Below are positions 1 through 9,083 of a stretch of 64,000 bases of DNA, piece after piece; position 1 is the first letter of the stretch; every line of letters starts with the position of its first letter. The notes under the pieces are model-generated. The model was given only the letters and a program-made list of their open reading frames with translations, had not been told where the DNA came from and made no database searches. Both the position numbers and the translations under genes were made by a program. Location of the stretch: NCBI GenBank assembly GCA_964486505.1, contig CAZAMC010000001.1, positions 170,133 to 234,132 on the forward strand, given 5' to 3'. The DNA comes from an uncultured Gammaproteobacteria bacterium. GTDB taxonomy: Bacteria > Patescibacteriota > Patescibacteriia > PEXW01.

Positions 1-731
1 CGAATCTCGAGCACTTCGTCATCCTGGGTTGCCCACGCGCCAGGAAAGGCGGCTTGCATCTCGGTCAGGGCGTCCGGGTGCCGCGGATCAGTGTGGACCA
101 GACCAAGTCTTGGCACGCCCGCGGCTTTGGCGAGCGCGGCCACCACACTGGGGTAGGAGTGCCCTTCGACCGTGGCGCGCTGGGCTTGCGCGTTACTGTA
201 GTTACACTCATGGAGCAGCACGTCGCACCCGCGGAAGAACCCCGCATTCGCAACATCGGCTGTCGTATCGGTGCTCACCCCCAAGCGGCCGGTACCATCA
301 TCGAAGATGAGAAGATTTGAGAAGCCACTGGCGTGGTTTACTTGCTGGCGAGAAATTTTTAGGGTTCCCAAGGCAAGTTCCTGGCCAAATTCCGTCAGCG
401 TAATGGGCAGCTGCACGTGCTGGTAGTCCGGGCTAAACGGTTCCTCAAAGAACGTCTGTAGGTGCTTGATGCGCTCGTCGCCGTATATGGTTACGCGATT
501 GTACTGCCCACCTTCCAGGATGTTCACCAAAAAAGACAGGCCAATAATGTGGTCGTGGTGGAAGTGCGACAACACAATGCGCAGCTCATCGCCATGGTGC
601 GTCGGCGGCAAGGCAGCAATTCCTAAGCCGGCATCGAGGAGAAGGTTGTGCTCCGGGAAGAAAATACACAGGGACCGGCCGTTGCTGAAGCGTAAGGGGT
701 ACGCTCCCGAACCAAGAATGTGAGCGCGCAT
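1..731 (-). CDS. MBL-fold metallo-hydrolase (RNase Z/beta-lactamase superfamily), C-terminal end runs off the window start
   Basis: Minus-strand translation from ATG at 729-731 reads MRAHILGSGAYPLRF...LSHFHHDHIIGL (HxHxDH zinc motif) and stays open to position 1. It is absent from the ORF track because no in-window stop exists. Confidence 0.65.
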   Translation of the reverse strand, partial: MRAHILGSGAYPLRFSNGRSLCIFFPEHNLLLDAGLGIAALPPTHHGDELRIVLSHFHHDHIIGLSFLVNILEGGQYNRVTIYGDERIKHLQTFFEEPFSPDYQHVQLPITLTEFGQELALGTLKISRQQVNHASGFSNLLIFDDGTGRLGVSTDTTADVANAGFFRGCDVLLHECNYSNAQAQRATVEGHSYPSVVAALAKAAGVPRLGLVHTDPRHPDALTEMQAAFPGAWATQDDEVLEI

Positions 732-742
732 GCGTATCGTCA

Positions 743-1531
743 ATGGCGAGTGAAGTACGGTACACTGGAAGCATGACGTATACGCGCGCCTTCGTCAAAA
801 CCGCAGCGGGCGCCATCCACACCCTGGAGGCGGGTAGCGGCCCACCCCTCATTTTCCTGCACGGCTGGAGCGCGGATGCGTATACCTGCGTTCCGCTCAT
901 CCGGTGCCTGGCAACCACGTACCGCGTGCTCGTCCCCACCCTCCCGGGTTGGCACCCGTCGTACCCCCTGGAACAGTCGAATGACCCGGCCGAAGCCTTC
1001 CGCAGCCTGGGCGACTGGCTAGATGGCACGCACCTGCAGTCAGCAGCGCTTGTGGGCCACTCCCTTGGCGGTGTCGCCGCCGTGCACCTCTGGAGCCAGC
1101 GGCCGAGCATCATAAACCGGCTAGTGCTGGTAGATGCCGTGGGTGTTCCTTTTACCCGTGATCACGAAACCTGGAAGCGCTTGTGGCTGCAAAAACGCCT
1201 CCGCATGTACAAGGCCCATGGCGCACCGGTCGTGCGCTACTTAGACCGCGCCTTGCTGAAGCACGCACTCATTCGTAAAAAGCACCTCGGACGCATGTCC
1301 CGCTACGCGAGAACCGCCAATATCCTGCCGCTCCTCGAGAGGGTTACCCTGCCCGTAGAATTCCTCTGGGGGAAAGCAGATGGCTACACACCCGTGCATA
1401 CCGCGCAGACGATGGCGGAGCACTGCACGCGGTCTAGCATTACCGAAGTACCGGGCGATCACGATTGGCCGCTCTTCACCCCCCACGTCCTCCTCGACTA
1501 CCTCACCACTCACGCCGCATCCAAGGCCTGA
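743..1531 (+). CDS. alpha/beta-fold hydrolase
   Basis: FLHGW... and GHSLGG nucleophile-elbow motifs in a 262-aa ORF. The start may instead be the internal Met (MTYTRAF). Confidence 0.75.
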   Translation: MASEVRYTGSMTYTRAFVKTAAGAIHTLEAGSGPPLIFLHGWSADAYTCVPLIRCLATTYRVLVPTLPGWHPSYPLEQSNDPAEAFRSLGDWLDGTHLQSAALVGHSLGGVAAVHLWSQRPSIINRLVLVDAVGVPFTRDHETWKRLWLQKRLRMYKAHGAPVVRYLDRALLKHALIRKKHLGRMSRYARTANILPLLERVTLPVEFLWGKADGYTPVHTAQTMAEHCTRSSITEVPGDHDWPLFTPHVLLDYLTTHAASKA

Positions 1532-1917
1532 TTCACCAAGGCATCGGCGTGGTGATTCTGCTCACGGCGAACGTGCTGGAAGGTCACCCGTTGAAAACGT
1601 TGAGAGAGGTTCCACACTTTCGTAAAGAGTTGCGCCAGGTTGGCGTCTTTCACTTTATAGTTGCGGTTGAGCTGCTCCACCACGAGTAAGCTGTCTAATT
1701 TGCAGCTGACGTGCGTGGCGCCCAGCTCGTGCGCGCGGGTGAGGCCCTGGAGGACGGCCGTATACTCAGCAACATTATTCGTGGTTTCACCAATCACCTC
1801 GCCGTGCTCTGCCACAACGTTGCCACAATTCGTGAGAACGTAGCCAATTGCTGCCGGGCCCGGGTTACCTCGCGCGCCCCCGTCGGAGTACAGCGTTAGT
1901 TCCATTGCCATAGACAC
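1510..1917 (-). CDS. rnhA: ribonuclease HI
   Basis: LYSDGGARGNPGPAAIGYVL plus the ...NNVAEYTAVLQGL RNase H signature in a 135-aa ORF. Its end overlaps the end of the upstream hydrolase convergently. Confidence 0.85.
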   Translation of the reverse strand: MSMAMELTLYSDGGARGNPGPAAIGYVLTNCGNVVAEHGEVIGETTNNVAEYTAVLQGLTRAHELGATHVSCKLDSLLVVEQLNRNYKVKDANLAQLFTKVWNLSQRFQRVTFQHVRREQNHHADALVNQALDAA

Positions 1918-1923
1918 GTAGTT

Positions 1924-3669
1924 TTAGAGGTTCAGTGACGCACTTTCGGCAAGCTGCAAACCCACGACCTTCAGCTGCAGTTCGGCTGTTCCATTCCACT
2001 CGTTGCGATCCACAGTGAAAACCGCGTCCACCTTGTCCCCCACGGTGAGGTCTTTGCCGTACGTCGCTCCCCCACCAAAGGCAATGAACTTCCGTGGCTC
2101 CGGCACTACGTGATTCACCACGATGCGTAGGTGCTTACCATCCTTCCCTACTGGTTGGAGCTCAGTTACCGTCATGCCCTTGCACAGGAAGAGTGGCTTG
2201 GGGTTATCTTCCCCAAATGGTTCCAGCTGCTCAATAATCTGCAGCAAATCCCAGCTCACATCGGGTAGCGAAACCACTGCGTCCACATTCACGGTCTTCC
2301 GCAAATCGTCTTCGCTCAAACGCTGGGCCGCATCCTGCTCCATGCCCTCCACAAATGCCTGGGCGTTGCCTTCTGGCAAGGTGAAGCCGCAGGCGCCAGC
2401 ATGACCACCGAAGCGCGTGAGCAATTTTTTGTGGCGCAGGAGGCCATCCGTAATGTCGTACTGCGGGATGCTGCGGCCCGAGCCCACTACTTCTGTCCCA
2501 TGCTTAGACATCACCAGTACGGGTCGGCTGAACTCATCGGTAAGTTTCCCGGCGACGAGACCCACAATACCCACCGGCCAGCCTTCCCCAACTGCCGCCA
2601 GCAAGCGCCGTTCGGGCATGACTGCACCAATTGCCTTACGCGCTTGCTGCACCACCGTGTCGGTAAGTTTCTGCCGTTCGCTATTCGACTGATTGAGCGC
2701 CGCGGCTATCGCTCGCGCTTCTTCAAGGTCGGTACTCACGAGGAGCCGGTACGCCGTGCTGGCGTGGTCCATCCGGCCAGCCGCATTCAGCCGGGGGCCG
2801 ATTTGAAAACCAATGGTTGTCGTATCAAACGTTTCCTGCCGCGTGCTCATGGCTTCAGCCAGAGCCCGAATACCCGGCCGCGGTGACTTTCGCAGCACCA
2901 CCAAGCCGTACTTCACCAATGAACGATTCTCGCCAAGCAGTGGCATGAAATCAGTCACCGTGCTAATCGCCACGTAATCCAGCAGCCACTTCTCAAAGCC
3001 CTCCTTGGGCATCCCGTTCACCTTTTCCTGCGGGACGCTCTGGAGCAACGCTTGGGCCACCTTGAATGCCACTCCCGAACCGGCGAGGTGCGGGAAGGGG
3101 TAACCGCTATCTTTCAACTGCGGATTAATGAGCGCCAGGGCCTTGGGCCGCTCGGCGGGCTCGTGGTGGTGGTCGGTAATAATCACGTCCATGCCCAGCT
3201 CCGTTGCCCGTGCCACTTCGGCAGCGTTGCTGGTGCCGCAGTCACAAGTAATAACCAGGGTCGCCTTGTGCACGTCGTACAGGTGCTGGATGGTTTGCAG
3301 GTTTAGGCCATACCCTTCGCGTTCACGGTGCGGCAAGTACACCTCCACGTCTGCCCCGAGTGCCGTGAGAGTCGTGGAGAGCACCGCGGATGAGCACACG
3401 CCGTCGGCATCGTAGTCCCCGTGCACCACAATTTTTTCCTTCGCCGAAATCGCTTTCAGAATACGGTCAACAGCCGTTCGCATCTGGGTGAAGGCAAAGG
3501 GATCGTGAATATCCTCGCCCCAGTCAGGATTGAGGAATTCATCAATAGCATCCTGGGTACGTAAGCCCCGGTTCCAGAGGAGCTGCAAAACCACAGGATT
3601 CAATTCGGGAAATTGTTGCTGGACATCCGCAGGAACCGGCTCAGCGATGCGCCAGTGCGTTGGTTGCAT
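1924..3669 (-). CDS. recJ: single-stranded-DNA-specific exonuclease RecJ
   Basis: DHH family motifs (HGDYDADGVCSSAVL, ITDHH) and a DHHA1-like C-terminal region. The start is placed at the internal ATG (MQPTHWRI...) because the first 28 residues of the track ORF are K/R-rich and not RecJ-like. Confidence 0.8.
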   Translation of the reverse strand: MQPTHWRIAEPVPADVQQQFPELNPVVLQLLWNRGLRTQDAIDEFLNPDWGEDIHDPFAFTQMRTAVDRILKAISAKEKIVVHGDYDADGVCSSAVLSTTLTALGADVEVYLPHREREGYGLNLQTIQHLYDVHKATLVITCDCGTSNAAEVARATELGMDVIITDHHHEPAERPKALALINPQLKDSGYPFPHLAGSGVAFKVAQALLQSVPQEKVNGMPKEGFEKWLLDYVAISTVTDFMPLLGENRSLVKYGLVVLRKSPRPGIRALAEAMSTRQETFDTTTIGFQIGPRLNAAGRMDHASTAYRLLVSTDLEEARAIAAALNQSNSERQKLTDTVVQQARKAIGAVMPERRLLAAVGEGWPVGIVGLVAGKLTDEFSRPVLVMSKHGTEVVGSGRSIPQYDITDGLLRHKKLLTRFGGHAGACGFTLPEGNAQAFVEGMEQDAAQRLSEDDLRKTVNVDAVVSLPDVSWDLLQIIEQLEPFGEDNPKPLFLCKGMTVTELQPVGKDGKHLRIVVNHVVPEPRKFIAFGGGATYGKDLTVGDKVDAVFTVDRNEWNGTAELQLKVVGLQLAESASLNL

Positions 3670-3770
3670 GCGCACAGTATACCAGAATACGTTGACGTCG
3701 GTATAACCTTTCCGTAAACTTCTCCTAGCGCGGTGTATGTACACCACCTTCACTTTTACCCTCCCGACAT

Positions 3771-4232
3771 ATGCTCGTGAAAGACGTTATGCGAACACAG
3801 CTCACGCTCTTTACTCCGGAAATGACGTTTCGCCAAGTTATTGAGAAATTCATCGCCCAAGACATGGAGTCCACCGCGGTCGTGGACACTCAGGAAAAGA
3901 AAAATTTGGTTGGTGTCATTTCCTTGTTCGACTGTATCGAACGCCTTGTACCAGACTACCTAGAAGCAGACCCCACGGCTGCCACGTTTGAGGCCGAGGA
4001 GTTTTTCCGGCGAGCGGTAGAAGGCGTTGCCGACACCCCAATCCGAAGCATTATGAAAACCGATGTACACGCCGTGCACGCCAACCACACGCTCATTGAA
4101 GTGGCAACGCTCATCTCAAAATTTAAACTCCGCAGCGTACCCGTTCTAGAGGAAGGAACAAAACGCATAATCGGCTACGTTAGCCGACGGGATTTAAAAG
4201 AAGCCATCCACAAAATTCTTACTTCGAAGTAG
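3771..4232 (+). CDS. CBS domain-pair protein
   Basis: A 153-aa ORF with tandem CBS-like segments, immediately upstream of the permease with an 11-nt gap. Confidence 0.7.
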   Translation: MLVKDVMRTQLTLFTPEMTFRQVIEKFIAQDMESTAVVDTQEKKNLVGVISLFDCIERLVPDYLEADPTAATFEAEEFFRRAVEGVADTPIRSIMKTDVHAVHANHTLIEVATLISKFKLRSVPVLEEGTKRIIGYVSRRDLKEAIHKILTSK

Positions 4233-4242
4233 AGAAATTACT

Positions 4243-5511
4243 ATGCAGCTTTGGACTGCCGTCGTCGTTTTCCTGCTGAGCTACGGTATTATCATTTCTG
4301 AACGCGTCCACCGAACAGTTGTGGCAATTGTCGGCGGGGTGCTCATGGTCCTCCTTGGGGTGATTAACCAGGAGCAGGCCATTGAAGGCGTTGACTTCAA
4401 TACCCTTGGATTACTCATTGGCATGATGGTCATCGTCACTATCGCCAAGGATACCGGCGTATTCCAGTACGTGGCCGTGAAAGCAGCGAAAATCGCAAAG
4501 GGTGAACCCTGGAGAATTTTGCTCATGCTCTCCACAGTGACGGCGATCTTTTCGGCCTTTTTGGACAACGTCACAACGGTCATGCTCATTGTTCCCGTTA
4601 CCTTTGTTATTGCCGACAACCTCAAACTCAACCCCATGCCCTTCTTGCTGGCAGAAATCTTCATGAGCAACATCGGCGGGACGGCAACGCTCATCGGCGA
4701 CCCGCCGAATATCCTCATTGGCTCTGCTGCAGGTCTTTCTTTTTTACAGTTCCTCCAAAATCTTTCGCCCGTCGTCATTGTCATGATTCCGCTCACCTTC
4801 ATTCTCTTCCGGTGGTTCTGGCGTAAGGGCCTCCATGCAGACCCGTTGCTCCAGGCAAACATCCAGCGGCTCAACGAGCGAGAAGCACTAACCAATAAGC
4901 CGCTCCTCATTAAAGTTCTCGTTGTCCTTGGGCTTGTACTGCTGGGCTTCATGCTGCACAACACGCTACACCTTGAAGCCGCAACAATCGCCTTAGCGGG
5001 CGCGGGCCTGCTCTGGCTTCTGGATAACCAAAACCCCGAGCGCGTGCTCAAGGAAGTGGAGTGGCCGACAATCTTCTTCTTCGTCGGGCTTTTCGTGCTT
5101 GTCCGTGGCTTGGAGCAGGTCGGTGCCATTGAGTTCCTTGCGCAACGTTTGCTCGATGCAACCGGCGGCGAGCTGGCGCTTACGGCAATTGCGATCATTT
5201 GGGGTTCGGCGATTTTCTCTTCGGTCGTTGATAACATCCCATTTGTCGCAACAATGATCCCCCTCATAAAAGACGTCGGCGTCATCTCTGGCCTCCCCCT
5301 TGAACCCCTCTGGTGGTCGCTAGCACTCGGCGCATGCTTGGGTGGCAACGGCACGCTCGTTGGGGCAAGCGCTAACCTCGTCGTTGCCGGCATTGCAGAG
5401 AAGTCTGGGTACCGCATCGCTTTCCGCCAATACCTAAAGCAAGGCGTCCCCGTTATGCTGCTCACCATCGTGGTTGCCACTGGTTACGTTTGGGTACGGT
5501 ACCTGCGCTAA
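4243..5511 (+). CDS. ArsB/NhaD-superfamily (CitMHS/YbiR-like) anion permease
   Basis: A 422-aa polytopic membrane protein with the duplicated architecture and the LDNVTTVML / SNIGGTATLIGDPPN motifs typical of this permease superfamily. Confidence 0.75.
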   Translation: MQLWTAVVVFLLSYGIIISERVHRTVVAIVGGVLMVLLGVINQEQAIEGVDFNTLGLLIGMMVIVTIAKDTGVFQYVAVKAAKIAKGEPWRILLMLSTVTAIFSAFLDNVTTVMLIVPVTFVIADNLKLNPMPFLLAEIFMSNIGGTATLIGDPPNILIGSAAGLSFLQFLQNLSPVVIVMIPLTFILFRWFWRKGLHADPLLQANIQRLNEREALTNKPLLIKVLVVLGLVLLGFMLHNTLHLEAATIALAGAGLLWLLDNQNPERVLKEVEWPTIFFFVGLFVLVRGLEQVGAIEFLAQRLLDATGGELALTAIAIIWGSAIFSSVVDNIPFVATMIPLIKDVGVISGLPLEPLWWSLALGACLGGNGTLVGASANLVVAGIAEKSGYRIAFRQYLKQGVPVMLLTIVVATGYVWVRYLR

Positions 5512-5535
5512 AAAACCCACCGGCCGCAGCGACGG

Positions 5536-5727
5536 TCAGTGGGTAGAGTCAGTCACGTGACGTGACTCGATGTACAAGAAACGATCGTCTTGGCCACAAT
5601 GCCGCGCTGCTTCCTGCTCAGCTTCACTCAGCGTTGTGGCTTGAAGTTTTACTGCCTTTTTGCCTATGCCATTCTCAAAAATCGCATAGAGCGCATAGCC
5701 CTCCGAACACTGGCCGCTTGCACACAT
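5536..5727 (-). CDS. hypothetical small protein (63 aa)
   Basis: An ORF in an otherwise empty 263-nt gap, not antisense to any other gene, with no recognisable motif. Confidence 0.25.
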   Translation of the reverse strand: MCASGQCSEGYALYAIFENGIGKKAVKLQATTLSEAEQEAARHCGQDDRFLYIESRHVTDSTH

Positions 5728-5774
5728 GCGTTTTCTCCTTCACTGCGCATGAACGTTTACTGACGAGTAGCTTC

Positions 5775-6539
5775 TTAGGTGTGGACTCGTTCGTCTTTTG
5801 CAGAGGTCCAAAAATATTGGAAGAGCGCTTGCATGCCGTGCACGATATTCGGATGCCGGATGACCACAGCAAAAGGTGGCACGCCCGAAAAGTGCACGAG
5901 TAAATCGCCCACCAACCATAGGGAGGCAGAGAAGTTGAGTCCGGGGGGTAACTCCCGAATAATGATGCGCTGCAGCCGAATCTTCTGCGCATCTATGCCC
6001 TTCGCGTCGCCATAGGGCACCAAGGTGTGGGTCGTAATCTGCTTCTCGCGCTTCAACTTCAGAATCACCTGTTCAACATTCTCCCCGTAAATTTTGCGGT
6101 AGTTACCGGCGCTGGGCGTATCAATAGTGTAAATGATTGACTTCCGGGTGGCGCTCGTAAGGAGCGTCTCGATAAAACGCGCAATGCTGCGCTTGGTGTC
6201 GTACACCCGGCCAAACGGGAAGGCCGAGTGTGTGCGGTACAGGCCCGCTAGCTCACCGCGGAGCTGCTCGGCAAGCGCCACCTTCTGCTGGTAATGCTCT
6301 ACCAGCACCTGCGGCGACTCAACCCAGTAGTACAATTTGCCACGGTAAGTATGACTGGTAATCAAGCCCTGCTCTTGAAAACGCTCCAGAATGCCAATAG
6401 TGGTGGTGCGGGGCAGGCCCACGCGTTTGGCAATAGCCGCTGCTGGAGCTTCGCCCTGTTGCGTAAGCGCCAAGTACACGTCGACCTCATTCTTGGTGAG
6501 GCCGAGCTCCCGTAGCGCAGACCGGAGATCATTACTCAT
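5775..6539 (-). CDS. TrmB-family transcriptional regulator
   Basis: N-terminal wHTH matches the TrmB pattern (LGLTKNEVDVYLALTQQGEAPAAAIAKRVGLPRTTTIGILERFQEQGL) and is followed by a sugar-binding-like C-terminal domain. Confidence 0.7.
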   Translation of the reverse strand: MSNDLRSALRELGLTKNEVDVYLALTQQGEAPAAAIAKRVGLPRTTTIGILERFQEQGLITSHTYRGKLYYWVESPQVLVEHYQQKVALAEQLRGELAGLYRTHSAFPFGRVYDTKRSIARFIETLLTSATRKSIIYTIDTPSAGNYRKIYGENVEQVILKLKREKQITTHTLVPYGDAKGIDAQKIRLQRIIIRELPPGLNFSASLWLVGDLLVHFSGVPPFAVVIRHPNIVHGMQALFQYFWTSAKDERVHT

Positions 6540-6545
6540 GGTGTC

Positions 6546-6561
6546 GTCGAAAAATTTCGAC
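6546..6561. promoter_or_regulatory. perfect 7-2-7 palindrome GTCGAAAaaTTTCGAC; candidate operator
   Basis: An inverted repeat seen directly in the sequence 7 nt upstream of the TrmB-family regulator start codon, inside the divergent intergenic region. Confidence 0.4.
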
Positions 6562-6704
6562 AGAAAATCTCAACTCCCGCCTTCATTTTACGGGGTTTTT
6601 TGTATGAGCGTCAATAGCAGCGCGGTATTGCACTGCGTAGCGGCACCAAGTTGGCTACGCTAGAGGTGCTCATTGACAACTTATCCAGCTCGAAAGGAGG
6701 CGCT

Positions 6705-7805
6705 ATGCCAGCTCTGCAAGTCATCTACCCAGGTACGTTCTGTCCGCCGACGTACGGGCACGCCGCCATTGCACGTTCGGCAGCAGCCATGTACGACGAC
6801 GTTACCATCGTGTGCTCGGAAAACCCGGAAAAAGACCACCCGTGGTTTACGCCGACGGAGTGCGCAGCACTCTGGGATGCCTACGACCTGCCGTCGAACG
6901 TGCGCGTGCTCACGTTGGAACAGTTCCGGTCCCACCGTGACCCCCACGCACGGATCGTCATGGTGCGTGGACTCCGCGGGCCTCTAGATGCGCAGCACGA
7001 ACAGCAGGTGATGCTCTACAACCACGCGCACTACGGCGTGGGTACCTACACGTACATCTTCAGTGAACCGCAATTCCAAAAAGTGTCGTCATCACAAGCC
7101 CGGGCCCTAGCGAAGTTCGTCCGGCTGCAAGAGCTCGCCGAACAGGTGGCACCCCGCGTGGTGACGGCGCTCCTGGAACACGCACGCCAGTTCCACAGTG
7201 TCATGCTCGTTGCCGGACGGCCGGGAGCGGGGAAATCCACCTTCCTGCGCATGCTCCAGGCCGCCAATCCTCGCAACCACGTCATTACCACGGATGACTT
7301 CAACGACGCCCTAAAGCCGTTGCTGCAGCAGGCATTCCCGGGCAGAGACCTCGTTGAGCTCGCTTTGCACAATGAAGCCGAGCTCACCGCAATCATCAAA
7401 GCACCGTGGTTGAACATGCTGCAAGACTGCGTGGGAGCGGCGCCCCAGGGCGCGGCGGTTTTCATTGAAATTGCGTACGGCCTACAGCCGAGCAAACAGC
7501 TCTTCCGCTATGTTGGTGGCAACGTACTGTACTTCGACTGTCACAAAACTGCCGAGTACTACCGGCGCAATCATGACCGGGGCACGCCGCAGTACAACGC
7601 CTTCGTTGAGCGCATTCCAGCTGTGGAAGAGGCGCAGCTGATTGCGCAAACCAACCGTTTGAGGCTGTTCCCCGTACATACCAGTGGCGACCTTGCTGAA
7701 CTCGAGGCGTACGCCCAAGGGTTCAACAAGTGGCTCTGGGAAACCAAACCAAAAGGAGTTGACGTATGGCCGACCTTTTTATTCGGATGTTCCTCGGCCA
7801 CTTAG
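6705..7805 (+). CDS. bifunctional-type protein: cytidylyltransferase-like nucleotidyltransferase (PPAT/CoaD-like) fused to a P-loop kinase domain
   Basis: The N-terminus YPGTFCPPTYGHAAI matches the (H/T)xGH nucleotidyltransferase motif of PPAT. The C-terminal half carries a Walker A motif VAGRPGAGKSTFL. The start is set at the ATG preceded by the AAAGGAGG RBS at 6693-6700. Confidence 0.7.
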   Translation: MPALQVIYPGTFCPPTYGHAAIARSAAAMYDDVTIVCSENPEKDHPWFTPTECAALWDAYDLPSNVRVLTLEQFRSHRDPHARIVMVRGLRGPLDAQHEQQVMLYNHAHYGVGTYTYIFSEPQFQKVSSSQARALAKFVRLQELAEQVAPRVVTALLEHARQFHSVMLVAGRPGAGKSTFLRMLQAANPRNHVITTDDFNDALKPLLQQAFPGRDLVELALHNEAELTAIIKAPWLNMLQDCVGAAPQGAAVFIEIAYGLQPSKQLFRYVGGNVLYFDCHKTAEYYRRNHDRGTPQYNAFVERIPAVEEAQLIAQTNRLRLFPVHTSGDLAELEAYAQGFNKWLWETKPKGVDVWPTFLFGCSSAT

Positions 7806-8164
7806 TGGGAGACTACCTCCTACAGAGTGAGCAGATGGCCGTGCAGAAGAGTGCCGCGGGGTGGCGGGGCGGGGTGTGGTGCCTGTGGCACTGCACGCTC
7901 TACACGGCCGCGGTGAGCCTGTTCTGCTGGAGCCTCCCGCCCGTGGGTGTGGCCCTGGTATTCCTCAGCCACTTCCCTATTGACCGCTGGTCCTTGGCCA
8001 CGGTCTGGCTAAAACGCATCGGCGGGCGGAGCCTGGAGGCAGCGCACACCGAAGCTCACGCCTACCGAGAAATTCGCATTAGCTTTGCCTGCCTCGTGTA
8101 CGCAGTTGCCGATAACACGCTGCACCTAGTGCTGCTTTGGCTCATTGCCCTGTACCTTGCCTAA
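7766..8164 (+). CDS. small membrane protein, DUF3307-like
   Basis: An HLVGDYLLQ motif and hydrophobic segments in a 132-aa ORF. It overlaps the end of the upstream gene, so the two are probably one operon. Confidence 0.45.
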   Translation: MADLFIRMFLGHLVGDYLLQSEQMAVQKSAAGWRGGVWCLWHCTLYTAAVSLFCWSLPPVGVALVFLSHFPIDRWSLATVWLKRIGGRSLEAAHTEAHAYREIRISFACLVYAVADNTLHLVLLWLIALYLA

Positions 8165-8170
8165 CCACAT

Positions 8171-8202
8171 ACGGACCCCCAAAAAGGGTCCGTTTCTTTT
8201 TC
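8171..8202 (+). terminator. rho-independent terminator
   Basis: An 8-bp GC-rich stem ACGGACCC/GGGTCCGT with a CCAAAAA loop, followed by TTCTTTTTCT. There is an A-tract on the other side, so it may act in both directions. Confidence 0.6.
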
Positions 8203-8212
8203 TACGAACCGC

Positions 8213-9079
8213 CTAGGTGAACGCGTGCAAGGTTTTGGTAATGTCCACGGCTTCCACTGGCCGCTTCACCAACGGGACACCGGCTAATTCCTTGCAGCCC
8301 TCCTCCCAGGTTGGTCGAATCTCTCGGTATAGCACCCCCGTTGGAATCTTGGCTTCCCACTCTAAGGCCCGCGCAAACGCCTCCTGCTTGTTACTGAAGT
8401 CGTGCTTCTCGTTCTCAAGCTTGTACACGCGCTTGTAGAACCAGCTAAAGGTGTTGTGGTGATTAAAGGTTACGCACGGCTGCAGCACGTTGACGTGCGC
8501 AAATCCGGGATGAGCTATGGCGTCCTTCACGAGCTGTGTGAGTTGGCCCACGTCACCCGCAAAACCCTGAGCAATAAAAGTCCCACCGGCCGCAATGGCC
8601 AGCGCCACGGGATTCAATGCTTGCTCAATGGCGCCTTCCGGGGTGCTGCTGGTTGGTTGGCCGTGCTCGGTCGTGGGGGCCATTTGTCCTTTCGTGAGGC
8701 CGTACACTTGGTTATCGTGGACGAGGTACGTGATGTCCACGTTGCCACGAAGCGCATGGATAAAATGATTCCCCCCTTCACCGTAGCCGTCACCATCGCC
8801 ACCGAGAACAATGACTTTCAAATCCTTGTTCGCGAGCTTCGCGCCAATAGCCACCGGCAATGCTCGGCCGTGCAGACCATGAAAGCCATACGCTTTCACA
8901 AAACTCGACATGTTCCCCGAACAGCCAATACCGTACACCACCAGCACATCACTGGGGTTGAGGCCAAGTTCCGCCAGGGCGTTCTTTAGCGCGGTCCAAA
9001 TGCCAAAGTTGCCACAGCCCGGACACCACGTGGGAAAGTGGCTGCTATTGTAGTCTGCGTTCTTCTTGGGTGGGGTCAT
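8213..9079 (-). CDS. 2-oxoacid:ferredoxin oxidoreductase, beta (TPP-binding) subunit
   Basis: CPGCGNFGI and GDG...GGNH TPP-binding motifs. The start is placed at the ATG 4 nt after the alpha-subunit stop. Confidence 0.85.
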   Translation of the reverse strand: MTPPKKNADYNSSHFPTWCPGCGNFGIWTALKNALAELGLNPSDVLVVYGIGCSGNMSSFVKAYGFHGLHGRALPVAIGAKLANKDLKVIVLGGDGDGYGEGGNHFIHALRGNVDITYLVHDNQVYGLTKGQMAPTTEHGQPTSSTPEGAIEQALNPVALAIAAGGTFIAQGFAGDVGQLTQLVKDAIAHPGFAHVNVLQPCVTFNHHNTFSWFYKRVYKLENEKHDFSNKQEAFARALEWEAKIPTGVLYREIRPTWEEGCKELAGVPLVKRPVEAVDITKTLHAFT

Positions 9080-9083
9080 AGCG

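Noticed and set aside
731-745. Divergent start codons of the MBL hydrolase (731, minus) and alpha/beta hydrolase (743, plus) only 11 bp apart
   Set aside because: The more likely explanation is that the true start of the plus-strand gene is the internal Met ~30 nt downstream, or that promoters lie within coding sequence. It is not evidence of a special element.
4281-5480. Long antisense ORFs (399 aa antisense to the permease; also 36032-37240 + across the tRNAs and PfkB gene; 586-1113 -; 12922-13380 + and others)
   Set aside because: They lie entirely inside or opposite well-supported genes, have Arg/Ser/Pro/Ala-rich low-complexity translations typical of GC-rich antisense frames, and carry no motifs.
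5512-5600. GTCACGTGAC / CACGTG palindromic cluster and weak hairpin after the permease stop
   Set aside because: The stem is short and no clean U-tract follows. It could be a weak terminator or a binding site, but the evidence is insufficient to annotate.
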